From: Carcharhinus amblyrhynchos
Lineage: Eukaryota
Length of the DNA: 64,000 nt
Reading direction: 5' to 3'
Assembly: GCA_965287045.1 (NCBI GenBank)
Contig: OZ336872.1
Location: 93,682,001-93,746,000 of the forward strand
In this document: positions 23,991 to 37,019 of the stretch, piece after piece
Numbering within the stretch: position 1 is the stretch's first letter
Layout: the number at the start of each line of letters is the position of its first letter
Notes under the pieces: model-generated
Seen by the model: only the letters and a program-made list of their open reading frames with translations
What the model was told of the DNA's origin: nothing
Databases searched by the model: none
Position numbers and translations under genes: made by a program

Positions 23991-24925
23991 ACTGCCCTTG
24001 GCTGGGAGATCTTGTGGGCAGGACCTTCTCCCACTGAGAGGCTAACTGCCTGTTACTGCCTGTTTAGTCCACTAGTGGTGTGTTATGGTTGCAGGGCGGG
24101 CTTTTTATTTAAAGAAAGGTGCGTCAGCTGCCGGCTGTTTCTTGCAAGGGGATGGGAGAGTGGTCAGATAATGTGCCCACCCTTGTGAAATCCAGCCCCA
24201 TAAGCGTGCTTCATGTTCAGTAAAGTTACAGGCCTTGAAAATCAATAGGGCCATTTATATTGCTGTTGTGCCTGGAGGCAAACATTTTGTTCACTGATCC
24301 TCTCCAGCATTGACCCTGCCATAAATTGTGGGGTCAGTTAATTTAAATATCCATTTTCAGTTTAGAAGTGTAACCCATGGGGAGGTGGCTTGCAAATTAG
24401 GAGCATCACCTTCAAAAAGGCAATAAATAACAGAGATTTTAAACAGCTGGCTGGAGGAACAGCAGATAAGGAGGAAAGTGTTTGACACAGTTCAGTTAAC
24501 TTTCAGGTAGCTGTAATGGATGGTTCATATGTAATTATATGACATTTTTAAAGCATGTCTTCAAGTGGAAGATGCAGAGGTCACACAAAAGGAGGGAGCA
24601 AGTCAGTGAAAAGGATGATGTCAGCTTTTGTTCAATGATAGCACACGCTTTAAAAAAGTCTTGCATTTATATAGCACTTTCAAGACCACAACCCAAGTCA
24701 ATAGGTTCTGGATTCAAATCCACTTTAAGAGACTTAAACACATATTAATGCTGTTATGATCTCAGTAGACACCTGTAATGTGTTTATCTATTTTTAAGAG
24801 CCTGAGAACGCTGTGTTTACTGAAAGAATGAAGCCACGAGAGTCACAGGTTAAATTAAAATAAATTTGCTAACCAAAAACATTAAGGATCATGAACATTT
24901 ACAACGACACCACATTTTTTTAAAC

Positions 24926-25197
24926 ATTTATTTATTAGTCACAAGCAAAACTTACATTAACACTGCAATGAAGTTACTGTGAAATTCCCCTAGTTGTCAC
25001 ACTCTGGCGCCTGCTTGGTCAATGCACCTAACAGCACACTTTTCAAACTGTGGGGAGGAAACCTGAGCACCTGGAGGAAACCCACAGAGACACAGGGAGA
25101 ATGTACAGATTCTGCACAGGCAGTGACCCAAGCTGCAATTGAATCTGGGCCCCTAGCGCTGTGAGGCAGCAGTGCTAACCATTGTGGCACTGTGCCA
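24926..25197 (-). mobile_element. HE1-related V-SINE, alternative tail type
   Basis: tttatttattagtcacaag...gaagttactgtgaaattcccctag...gcgctgtgaggcagcagtgctaaccattgtggcactgtgcc. Confidence 0.88.
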
Positions 25198-25606
25198 TAT
25201 TTTAAATGATCAGTTACAAAAAAGGACGGAATTTTTTGGCCATGCACTGTAAAATTACACTCAAAGGTCAATGGCCTTCTTCATGGTGCATGTCCCGCCT
25301 GCTACAATTTCTGTGGAGGCAGGATGGCAAAATTCCGCTCAAAGATATTAAAAGTACAGTGAACAGTTATTTATTTTCTAACTGAACTTTACTCAAATTC
25401 CCTTCCACAACCATTTGATTTGCACCCTCAGAACCCAAGACACTTATCAAAACTTGAAGAGTTAACCACTTGGTCTGAGTACTACTTCAAAGGTTTGAGT
25501 AAGGATTGAGATTTCTTAGGTCTTCTCTTACTTCCAGTGAAGTTTTCCCTTTAAATCTCCTCCAATTGTATCTACGTCTCAGTCTCTCTTCTCAGCTTTG
25601 CTTTCC

Positions 25607-28440
25607 CATAGGACATAGGAGCAGAATTCGGCCACTCGGCCCATCGAGTCTGCTCCACCATTCAATCATGGCTGATACTTTTCTCATCCCCATTCTGCTC
25701 CCTTTTCCCCATAATCCCTGATCCCTTATTAATCAAGAACCTATCTATCTCTGTCTTAAAGACGCTCAATGACTGACCTTCACAGCTTTCTATGGCAAAG
25801 TGTCCAACAGATTCACCACTCTCTGGCTGAAGCAATTCCTTCTTATTTTTGTTTTAAAGGATTATCACTTTAACCTGAGGTTGTGCCCTCTGGTTCTTGT
25901 TTTTCCTGCTCGTGGAACCATCCTCTCCACATCCACTCTATCCAGGCCCCACAGTATCCTGTAAGTTTCAATAAGATCCGCCCTCATCCTTCAAACCTCC
26001 AGTGAGTACAGACCCAGAGTCCTTAACCGTTCCTCATACGACGAGCTCTTCATTTCAGGGATCATTCTTGTGAACCTCCTCTGGATCCTTTCCAAGGCCA
26101 GGACACCCTTCCTTAGTTACAGGGCCCAAAACTGCTCACAATACTCCAAATGGGGTCTGACCAGAGCCTTATACAGCCTCAGAAGTACGTCTCTGTTCTT
26201 GTATTCCAGTCCTTGTGACATGAATGTTAACATTGCATTTGCCTTCCTAACTGCCGACTGAATCTGCACATTAGCCCTAAGAAAATCTTGAACAATGACC
26301 CCCAAGTCCCTTTGTGCTTCTGATTTCCTAAGCATTTTCCCATTTAGAAAATAGTCTATGCCTCCATTTCTCCTTCCAAAGTGCATGACCTCATACTTTT
26401 CCACATTGTATTCCATCTGCCACTTCTTTTCCCACTGTCTTAATCTGTCCAAGTCCTTCTGCAGCCCCCCTGCTTCCTCAATACCAGCTGTCCCTCTATA
26501 TATCTTTGTGTCATCTGCAAACTTAGCAATAGTGCCTTCAGTTCCTTTCTCCGAATCGTTAATGTATATTGTGAAAAGTTGTGGTCCCAGCACTGAGGCA
26601 CACCACTAGTCACTAGCTGCCATCCTGAAAAAGACTCCTTTATCCCCACTCTCTGCCTTTTGCCAGTCAGCCAATCCTCTATTCATGCCAGGATCTTACC
26701 CTTAACGTCATGGGTACTTAACTTATTTAACAGCCTGCTATGCGGGACCTTGTCAAAGGCCTTCTGGAAATCTAAATAAATCACGTCCATTGGGTTTCCT
26801 TTATCTAACTTCCTTGTTACTTCCTCAAAGAACTGTAACAGATTTGCCAGACATGACCTCCCCTTGACAAAGCCATGCTGACTCAGTCTTATTTTCTCAT
26901 GCACTTCCAAGTACTCTGCAATCTCATCTTTAATAATGGACTCAAAATTCTTGCCAATGACCAAAGTCAGGCTAACTGGCCTATGATTTCCCGTCTGCTG
27001 CCCCCCACCCTTCTTAAACAGTGATGTTACATTAGGTACTTTCTACTCCTCTAGTACCCTCCCTGCCTCCAGTAATTCCTGAAAGATCAACACCAATGCC
27101 TCCACAATTTCCTCAGCTATCTCTTTTAGAACCCTAGTGTGTAATCCATCTGGTCCAGGTGAATTATCCATTTTCAGACCTTTCAGATTCCCCTGGATTT
27201 TCTCCTTCGTGATGGCCATTACACTCACCTGTCCCCCCAGACTATCCTGGAGCTCTGACATCCCACTGGTGACTTTCACTATGAAGACTGATGTAACTAT
27301 TCAGTTCCTCTGCTATTGCTTTGTTTCCTATTGTTACTTCTCCAGCCTCATTTTCCAGTGGCCCAATCTCTTACCTTTCATATATTGAAAAAAAGTTCTA
27401 TCTTCTTTTATATTATTAGCTAGCTTATACTCATATTTCATGTTCTCCCATCTTATTGCTTTTTTAGTTGTTCTCTGCTCACTTTTAAAGCTTCCCAATC
27501 CTCTCACTTCCCACTAATCCTTGTCACTTTGTACGCTTTTTCTTTTACTTTTATGCTGTCCTAGAATGTACGCTTTTTCTTTTGCTTTTATGCTGTCCTA
27601 GACTTCCCTCAGCAGTCATGGATGCCTTGTCTTCCCCTTTAGCATGTTTTCTCCTCCTTGGGATGAACTTCTGTTATGCCTCCCAAATAACTCTCAAAAA
27701 CTCTAGCTATTGCTGTTCTGCTGTCTTCCCTACTAGGCTCCCTTTCCAATCTACTCTGGCCAGCTCCTCCCTCATGTCTTTGTAGTTACCCTTATTTAAT
27801 TATAATCCACTAAATCTGATTCCAGCTTCTCCCCCTCAAACTACAGGGTAAACTCTATCGTATTGTGGTCACTGATCCCTCAGGGTTCTTTCACCTTAAG
27901 TTCCCTAATCAAGTCTGCCTCATTACACATCACCAAATCCAGAATTGCCTGTTCCCTAGTAGACTCTGTCACAAGCCGCTCCAAAAAAAGTCTTAGATAT
28001 TCCACAAATTCCTTTTCTTGGGATCCACTACCTTCCTGATTTTCCCAGTCCATCTACATATTGAAGTACCCCATGATTATTGTAATATTGCATTTTTTAT
28101 GTTGCCTGATTTATTTTCTGCCCCACATCCTGACTACTGCTAGGGGACCTGTACATAATTCCCATCAAGGTTTTTTTACCTTTGCAATTCCTCAACTCTA
28201 CCCACAGAGATTCTATGCTTTCTGATCCTATACTGCTTCTTGCGATTGATTTAACTTCATTCTTTACTAACAATGCAACCCCACCCCATTTGCCCATCCG
28301 CCTGTCCTTCCCATAGGACACATATCCTTGGAATCTCCTCGCAGCCACGTCTCTGTGATGTTTAAAACATCATACCAGCCAATTTCAGTGTGCACAACAA
28401 CCTCATTTACCTTGTTTGGAATACTGCACACATTTAGTAC
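25607..28440 (-). mobile_element. CR1 (HER1-like) LINE, near-complete but disrupted ORF2 (APE endonuclease plus RT)
   Basis: Minus-strand ORFs contain GGVALLVK..ESLWVEL..GIMYRSP (endonuclease), SPGPDGLH.RVLKE, SQHGFVKGRSCL.NL..FF..DVIYLDFQKAFDKVPH, LGPQLFTIYIND..FADDTK, LVRPHLEYC. The CR1 3' UTR lies at 25607-25700. Confidence 0.95.
27530..27602. repeat. 37-bp tandem duplication inside the CR1
   Basis: tgtacgctttttctttt(a/g)cttttatgctgtcctaga occurs twice, at 27530 and 27567. Confidence 0.85.
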
Positions 28441-28984
28441 AACACTGTCAATCCTGAATGACCACCTCCTTTCTCATTCTTATCACCGTTTCTGCTCTAC
28501 CTGGGGTTAGATGCTTGCCACCTTCTATATTCTCTGTTCTATTACGTATATTCTTAGACATCCAAATCATTGTCATGAATCCTTTAGTTAACAAGAAGTT
28601 TAAGCTCTTTAAGCCAATGCACCAAATTTCAAATGAATTCTGCAGGAAATATATGTTCCTTGCTGTGCAGCCAGATTGATCTAAAAATACTGCTCCAGAC
28701 CAGAGTCACTCATAATCTACTCAACTCTATAGTTAACTTCTTGTTGACCCTTTGATGTTCTATTATTTATCTCCCAGGCAACTTGGTCACCTGATCATTT
28801 ATTGAGAACTAGATGCTTTACTAGAAATCAACCCATAGTGAAATCTATGAGCATCCCAAAAATAAATTATAGGCTGGGATTCACCGGCCTCTTCCACCAG
28901 TAAGATCTTCTGGTTCACCCAAAGTCAACAGACATTTGAATGGCTCATCACATCCTGGCCATAGGTTTTTTCACTCAAAAGTAG

Positions 28985-29240
28985 ATGAGCCATTATATTT
29001 CTGATATTTTAGCATGGTATTGAGGGAGCAATTTTCTGGTCAATATATATCCTCAAATACTATTACTAAAATAGCTTATCTAATTATATATACTTTGGAT
29101 GTTAATGGGAGCTTGCTTTGTGAGAAACATCTGCCATATTTTCTTACATTACAGTAGAGACTTCAGAAGTACATCATTGGCTTCAAAGGGCTTTGTGATG
29201 TCCTGAGGTCATAAATAGCACTGTATAAGTGCAAGTTATC
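28985..29240 (+). mobile_element. SacSINE1/DeuSINE-like SINE body and tail
   Basis: ggtcaatatatatcctcaa...tgggagcttgctttgtg...tacattacag...cttcagaagtacatcattggct...gatgtcctgaggtcat...tataagtgcaag resembles the DeuSINE core and tail. Confidence 0.6.
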
Positions 29241-31819
29241 TCCATCTAAGAGCACTCTGCTCTCATTGTGAAACATAGTGGGAGTGGTCATATAGCATAG
29301 GTATCAGATAAGTGTGTGAACATTTGCAGAGTAGCCATGGCAATTTATGGAACAACGCATAGGCAAATGCTTCCCTACCCTTCTCTGTTTTCCTTTTCCC
29401 AAGGAGGTTATGCTCATATATTCTTAGTTTATGCCCTCAATTGCCTTGAGGTCCATCAAAGCAACAGGAGGCAGAAGATGAAGAAGAGAAGGACAGTGAT
29501 GATAATGCTGAGGAGGAGGATCAGGAGGGAGGAAAATCCTTGCTGGGATACTTTGATGATGATGATAAGGACAAGGGTATTGAAAGCTTGACTGGACAGG
29601 AGTACCAACTGTAAGATCTGACCCCACGTTTCCTGCCACAAATTTCTCCATTTCTTTGCAATGCAGTTATTTCCATGCACCATCTCAGTGACGTTCACCA
29701 TTATAGGGCCACTTACACAGTGTCAATGAAAGTTTGGCAATGGGTAACCGATACAGCATAAAGCCTGGTGACCTGGCAGAACTTTGATAAAGCAACTTGA
29801 AAAGTTTATAATTCTAATTCAGGAGAACTGCTGCTCAATTGATCTTGTTACTTCCTTTCATGTAAATCTGGGCAAGTGAGTTAGTACACACTTGTGAAGA
29901 TAGTTTGACTGAGATTGAATTTGTAGAAAAGGTGCAATCATACAGCAGCCCTTCAGCAACTGCTAAAATGAAACTGTTGGGTTGGGAGTCTTAGTTAAAG
30001 CCATTGCTGTGGTTTGAATTTAATCTTCTGTGGAGTCCGTTAAAATTTCATTTCGAATAATGTGCTTCCATTACTGGCACAAAATGTCATCTTTATTTTT
30101 CATTGCATTAATTAAAATTATATCTCATTAGAATTACCATCAGCTAAGAAAGATGTTCAGCATAAAATCATAGTTCATTTTATTGTTCATACATAATGTT
30201 GAAGTGTTATTGTATACAGGCAGAAATGCCCAGACTGAGTGACTGTAAAATGCGTTCTGAATGTTACTGTGGAAGTCAATTCTGTGAAGATTTAACTTGT
30301 ATCCTTACTCCACTAAAACTGTGGTTCCTAGAGCCAGGGGTCAAAGAGCAGAGGTCAGTTGGCGAGACTTACAAAGCACACCTTCCTGGAATTGACCATC
30401 TCTGTTAAAGTATTTTCATTGACAGGTGGGATTAGTGTTGGACTGCTCAGTCCCTGTTTACACAAAGGACCCACATTTTATTGACGGTATAGTATACAGG
30501 GAACAAAAATAATTTTTTCATAAAGCAAGTTTTCTAAAGCTTGCTGATATAAAATTACTTTTAACACATCACATGCTTCTGGGTTTACAGAGGCTTTTTG
30601 CATCAGACTACTTCAGTAATTCTGGGATTGATATTTTCCTTTAATTACAGAGTACAGAGAATGTCAGCAATGGCACTCGAGCTAGTAGGTTGTGGAATGA
30701 AGGCTATTGCAAACATTTTATCAGATAATCTAGGTTGGCACTCCTGTGCAATATGAAAATTCTCTGTTCTGAGCTTTTCGGGAACTTTCCTGAATAGTAC
30801 TGCCACCCACCTGTCCTCAGGTTTCAGTTTATCATGGTTATTCTGCATGGGTCAAGAAATGTGTTTGATCATCATAACAAATGGTCCACAGTTGCTCCCA
30901 ACTTCCAATGCATTCCCACATCCCCACTTTGAGTGACATCTCCAAGTACCTTTCTCAGTTTTCAGAGTTTCTTAAATCCTTCACCAACAGTAAAGCCTGT
31001 TCTGATGATTCTCCTTCCCACCTCAACACTAGCCATGCTGGAACAAAATCTCCCAGACTCTGCAAAAGGCTACTAGTTGCACCTCTTTGACTAATGACCG
31101 TCTCCCTCCCACATCCAGCTGTGGAAGCTCACAAAGCCCAGTGGTCCCTCTGCTGACCATGCAGAACTTCTGATGGCTGAAATTTTCATTGATTTGTAGG
31201 GGAGCCTGTAATCTGATCTCTAAAATAGCTTCCTCTGCCTTCTTCCCCATGACAATGCGAAACACATTAAGAAATGCTAATTAGCTATCCTTAATCCCAA
31301 CTCTATTTCCTTTTAGAAGTGAATGGGCCGCCTATAGCACAAAATGTTACCTTCATCACCGTTCTGAAACTCTGGGAGATTGAAAGTACTCATTGCAAAC
31401 CCAGAGACAGTTGCTATTGCCTGCAAATGTAACTATATTGCACCTCCTTCTCAGTGGAACAATCTAAGCCTTCTTTTGATTTTTGATTATCAAACTATCC
31501 AGGTTTACAGTCAAGCAGACTTCAGAACAGATTATTCCTTCAATTACCTTAAATTTAAAGCTACAGTTCCAACATATAATAATCTCACAAACCTCATAGT
31601 TGTAAAATACATTAAGTCAATACATAAAATATTATATGAGGCAGGAAATTCACGTTTTCCCTCAACGTGCTTTTTTGGAACACATCAGGTGTGCAAAATG
31701 AAGGATAGCTGTACGGAGAGAAGATGCCATTTTTCAGATTGACATCAAAGGAAAGCTTTGTCTACATTCTCAAGTAGATGTACAAGATTTCATGGCTTTT
31801 TTTTAAGAAAATGTGATTT

Positions 31820-32285
31820 CTTCCCTGTGTCCTGACAAATATTTATTCCTCAATCAATAGGATGGCATGGTGGCACAGTGGTTAGCACTGCTGCCTCACA
31901 GTGCCAGGGACCCAGGCTCGATTCCTGGCTTGGGTCACTGTCTGTGCGGAGTTTGCATGTTCTCCCCATGTCTACGGGGGTTTCATCCTAAAGTCCAAAG
32001 ATGTGTTGGTTAGGTGCATTCGCCATGCTAAATTCTTCCTCTGTGTACCTGCACAGGTACTGGAGTGTGGCATCTAGGGGTTTTTCACAGTGGCTTCATT
32101 GCAGTGTTAATGTAAGTCTACTTGTGACACTGATAAGTAAACTTAAAAAGCAGATTTTGGGAACTTGTTGTGATTGAATTGGCTACTGCCTTTTCTACAT
32201 TACAGTAATGACTACATTATTTCATTAGTCATAAAGTATTCTGGAATACACTGAGATTATGAGAGGCACAATGCGCATGCAATGA
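31820..32285 (+). mobile_element. DeuSINE-like remnant split by a V-SINE
   Basis: gtcctgacaaatatttattcctcaatcaa before the V-SINE and gcagatt...attggctactgccttttctacattacag after it are contiguous parts of the family seen at 28985. Confidence 0.5.
31859..32146 (+). mobile_element. HE1-related V-SINE, alternative tail type
   Basis: ggcatggtggcacagtggttagcactgctgcctcacagtgccagggacccagg...V-domain...ctacttgtgacactgataagtaaac. Confidence 0.9.
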
Positions 32286-32506
32286 AGTTACCTAAAGCAA
32301 AATTCTTGCTCATGGATGTTTTGCCATTGGTGGCACACTTCCTTTCTGCTACAACTCAAAGCGTATATGATGTACAAATTCATTTGTGAATGGACATCTT
32401 GTGAAGGGCCTGCATGCAAACACAAATCAGGCTATAAACATTTGCTTTTGTGAATTAACCCAACTGTGAAATTGTTGTCACATGTCTCTGTACTACAGAT
32501 CATTAA

Positions 32507-32746
<240 letters not shown>

Positions 32747-35700
32747 TGAAAATGTACATTATCTGTGCACTATGCTCCAAAGAGCAATACTAAATTCTAA
32801 ACACTAATCATTTGTGAAATTTCACAGAAGGCATTATTTCAAAACAAATTTGATTTGTTCATTATATGAAAAATCCAGTTTAGTCAGTTTAGTTCATTGA
32901 ATGTATTTAGAAGTACTTTTGTTGGATTTCAAAAATCTCGGGCTGATTTAATAAATACACTGATTTATTGCATTACTGAACACAGTGCTCTGTGATAAAC
33001 CAATCCCCTGTTTATTAAGATTTTTTGGATGCAATGTAATAAGTTTGGAGCTTTCAAGCATTTTAAAGCAGATTGATCTGATATATACACCTGTGCTCAG
33101 ATGCACACAGTACCTAAAATGAAATGATATTAAGTGTGTGACTGAGTGTAGATGAGTACACAGTAATCATAGAGTGGCTTCTTTGCTGCTGATAAACGTA
33201 GCCAAGAGCATTTATCATTAGGCCTTATCAACGACATAAATGAAACTGCTCTACTAATAATGTGGGTTACGATCTGAACTGGAGAAATTACTGCACATTA
33301 ATATCTACTCGTTATAGCACAGATTTAACCTACTCGCAGACAATTTATGTTATGGATTATTGTTCTTAACTACCCTTTTACATGGGAACAAATTTGAAGT
33401 ATCAGAGCATTATTTCACAATATATTAATGTAGAATGAAAGTTGTTCACTCATATTGCCCAAAACTTATAGGGGATAATTTTTAAGTTGCAACTATCATT
33501 GTAGAAATCATCCAATTTTGCTTTCCACATTGCTCCAGCAGCGAGTTGGAAATGATCCCATGACAATTAGAACTTCAATACTATAGGAGAACAATGTCAT
33601 GCTGTCTCTGTCTGTGTCATTGCCAATTTCCTCCTCTGGAGCCTTTTGCTCTATTTCCACTCTCCATCTCTTTTCCTGAAAATATCAAAGATTTTCCTGT
33701 TCATTTTGCCTAGGAAAGAGAAAGGGGAGGCAGAAACTGCAGTGGCAGTTATGTGTTCCCAGTCCTCCAGGATTCTTAGTACTTCTGAAATTCAGCATCA
33801 CTGGATTTGCATTCTCTCAAGCACAAGCCCAGCAATAGCCTTCAAATGAAGTGGGAGACCATTTCTGGCCTCTTGTTGGATCCACCAGTGGAGGGGTGAC
33901 CCAAGCAAGTTAGATGCGGGGATTGTGCTGAAGTCTTTTTAGGACAGTCTATCTGCAGGGGCCCAAGAGTAGAAAGCTGGGAGTAGTAAGAATATTTCTC
34001 CACCCAAAGCACAACATTGAGGCTATCTCACTGCTATCTGTAAACTGGTATCATATGACGTACATAACATCCTACAACAATTTTGAAGGGTAGTTACATT
34101 GCATTTGCACCTTCCATTTGCAAGATTAGGAAGCAGCCTTGAAGGGATTTCTGGAGATGAAATGGCTGCTACATTCTTTCAGGTGCATTTTCCAAGACCA
34201 ACCTAAATGTAATAACATTTAGCTGTACAACAAAAATTTTCTTGCCTGCTTACTTATTCAATTATCATCACTCCTTGCCCCTTCTGAAGCAGCCTGGATC
34301 TCACCTATAGTGCAGAATTCCCCAGATCTGTCTCAGTGACTGAGTTGATGGATTTCTCACGAGTCCACCATGCCAAATCAGTAAGTTGCATTTCAGATTT
34401 GGGAAAGCATGGACAGCGCTTCTATCAAATATTTTTAAGTGAAGCCTAGCCATTAAAATGGTCATGCCTTCCACTCACTGCCTGCTGAACCTAGGCTCCA
34501 TATCAAAGTAGGGATCACTATTTCTCCCTAATGGCATGGCTGATCTTGAAAATTAAGCAAGTCAGTAATAATGAACAAGAGTCAATGACTTGTTTCCTCT
34601 TGGACTGTACCTCATCACCCCGATGACATTAAACATTAATAATTTTGGATAGCTGCCCTGAAGGCTTTTCGTGCACTCCCTAAGAAGATCCTAATTAATA
34701 TGGACCGGAATGGTGTCAGGTTCGATCCCCATATTTTGTTGACCTTGGTTAGAAACTACAAATGGACCTCAAAGCCGTTTGGTTAAAAGGAGGAGCAATT
34801 AACCAGGCTTCTATTCTCAATCATTATCCTGGCACTCAGTTAGAAAATGTGCATGAATGAGCATCAGATAAGAACCCTGTCAGACTCAACTGCAATAATC
34901 CCAAATTGAATAGTCCACCAATTCCAACACTAAAGCAATATCCAACATTCTGGCTGCTCTGCTGAGACACTAGAGGGCTATCTGTGGGATCACATGACAA
35001 GGAAGGAAAAGTGCTGTGGTTATGGGGCTGGGTAAAGTAATTTAGGGTATTTGCCTCTCTCTATAGATGTATTATCTCACATGTGTTCGGGCATTTGTCT
35101 AACTTCACAAAGGAGTGCTGGAAAATAACAAGAGCTGCAACACATAATGTAATTGCTGTTCACCATCAAAATCTTTATTATCTACACAAACATTCAACTT
35201 TCAGAGCTCCAGGAGTGATTGTGAGTGAAGTATGAGTACTAACACTTTCTAAGTACTTGCCCTTCAGTGCATGCAGGAGCCACATTAATGCAGCAGCTGC
35301 CACAATGTAGCTTTAACCCTGTGACTTCTCTGCATTCCTCACAGCTTCATTTGGTCTCATGAGGCCTATCATCTTTTATGTGGCTTGCTGTGATCTACTT
35401 CCCTGCTAAATTCCCCAGAACAACTAACATATGGATCTTTTACTAAACCCAGCATGAATGACAGATTTAAGTCAATCAGTGACTTCTTCACGATGGTTCA
35501 GTGTTGGGAATTTAACTTTTCTCAAACAGTAGGAATACTAAGTCTGCCAACTTTTATTTCTTGTAATAAATTTTAACACTTTAAAAAAATGACAGCTATA
35601 TGATGGTTCTTTGCTCCTTTTAGATCGAGACCGTTATCCCAAAACATCTGTACTGCAATAAAACACCTGATGACAGTTAACTGCTTAAGAACCTGGACAT

Positions 35701-36387
35701 GTTTAATTCCACACAATTATCATTTGTGCAAAAATAAATTAGGAGCTGTACATCTTTTTGAAAATAAAAGGAATAGATGTTGGATTTGTTCAGGAAGTGT
35801 TCAGGTTCTGTACAGACACCTTCACATGAACTGGAACATGCCCAGATTTATACCAGATTATTGGAAGTCTTACTTCCTTGAAAATTCCTAATTCCTAGTG
35901 AGTCTGAGCATGCCCTATGGTCACTGATTGCAGCAATATTTGGGTAAAGATAGAGGAGACTTTTGCACTTGGCATTTACTTTGGCGTCATCCTGGAGAGT
36001 TTTAGATCATTTTTGATAGCTTAATTTCTATAATCTTTGCCATCAGGATTGCTGCAAATAATTGCCTAATCATGTAAATCTTCAATGCATCACTAATACC
36101 GGTATACGAATATATATTTGGCTCAATTACAGTATTTTGAGTTACATCATGTTAATTTTCAATAGGCTCAATGCAGTCTTAAGTAAACATATTTCAAAAT
36201 TGAATTAGTATATTGGAATATTTCACTTTTTAGTGGGCGTTTTTTTTGCACATGAGCTATGAATTACTCTGCTCATCCTCGTTTATTTTCATTTTATTAT
36301 TCATACTTTAATTATAGTGATAATTGTGCTAAAATAAATTCAATTCAATTAAAACTGTCCTGGAAGTGATCCTGTTTAATTTATTAG

Positions 36388-36553
36388 GTTTGGTTCAGCA
36401 ATCGCCGTGCTCGTTGGAGGAAACAAGCAGGAGCCAATCAACTATTGGCATTTAATCACCTGATCCCTGGAGGATTCCCACCTACAGCAATGCCAGCGTT
36501 GTCTCCTTATCAGCTGTCTGATGCCAGTTATCCTCCTACATCCATACCACAGG
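36388..36553 (+). CDS. PAX3: PAX3 coding exon (exon 6 equivalent): homeodomain helix 3 and downstream region
   Basis: Acceptor tttaatttattAG at 36387, donor GTaaaac at 36554, 166 bp. Translates [55 protein letters not shown]. Ser50 (WFSNRR) is diagnostic of Pax homeodomains and the frame continues from the previous exon. Missed by the ORF track. Confidence 0.97.
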
Positions 36554-36843
36554 GTAAAACAAATCCTCCTATTTAAGCTATGTGAACATTTGATGTCTGT
36601 ATCTCTTACAGCACGAAATTTTGGAATTGTCAATTCAAAGCATCTGCCCAGATCTGTGTGCTCCTGAATTATTTAGAATAAGCCAAAAAACTTTCAGAAA
36701 AAAAGCCCTAGAATTTAGCATTGGCTTTTATCTTTACTGCAGTAAAAAAAGTGAACTGTTCCAGAAGGAAAGAAAAAGGAAATAATTTCACAATAGCTAC
36801 AGCATCTGATGTGATATTTCCTTCAGCTTGGGAGATTAAAGAT

Positions 36844-37019
36844 AGGGGTAGAAAATCTTCTTGAGTGGTGGTGTTAATGATAATTATGGTTTAGGCTGCC
36901 TGTAATATTACAATCTGATGTTTCATCCCACTGAGTTCAGTAGAACTAAATAAAAATATCAAGTGAGACATAACAATTGGCTCATCCAGTGCTAATGCCT
37001 CTAAGACAAAATTTTCCCC
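36844..37019. mobile_element. Short palindromic MITE (Harbinger/Chompy-like)
   Basis: Termini ggggtagaaaat and aaaattttcccc with central cccactgagttcagtag. Related remnants lie at about 37653-37785 and 46768-46875 (core TTCCACTGA-CT-TCAGTGGAA at 46854-46873). Confidence 0.5.

Larger units (their letters stand above)
23233..24198. mobile_element. Harbinger-type MITE/non-autonomous element (host of the small Penelope hairpin)
   Basis: Terminal inverted repeats aggctggatttt (23233) and gaaatccagccc (24187-24198); flanks cac/cat suggest a degenerate 3-bp TSD. Confidence 0.6.

Noticed and set aside
31859-31935. tRNA gene-like A and B boxes (also at 8674, 9985, 15732 and 59619)
   Set aside because: These are tRNA-derived SINE heads continuing into the V-domain, with no complete cloverleaf.
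34965-34980. CTCF-like ACACTAGAGGGCTA
   Set aside because: The core match is imperfect and it seems to lie within a decayed SINE-like remnant (about 34700-35030).
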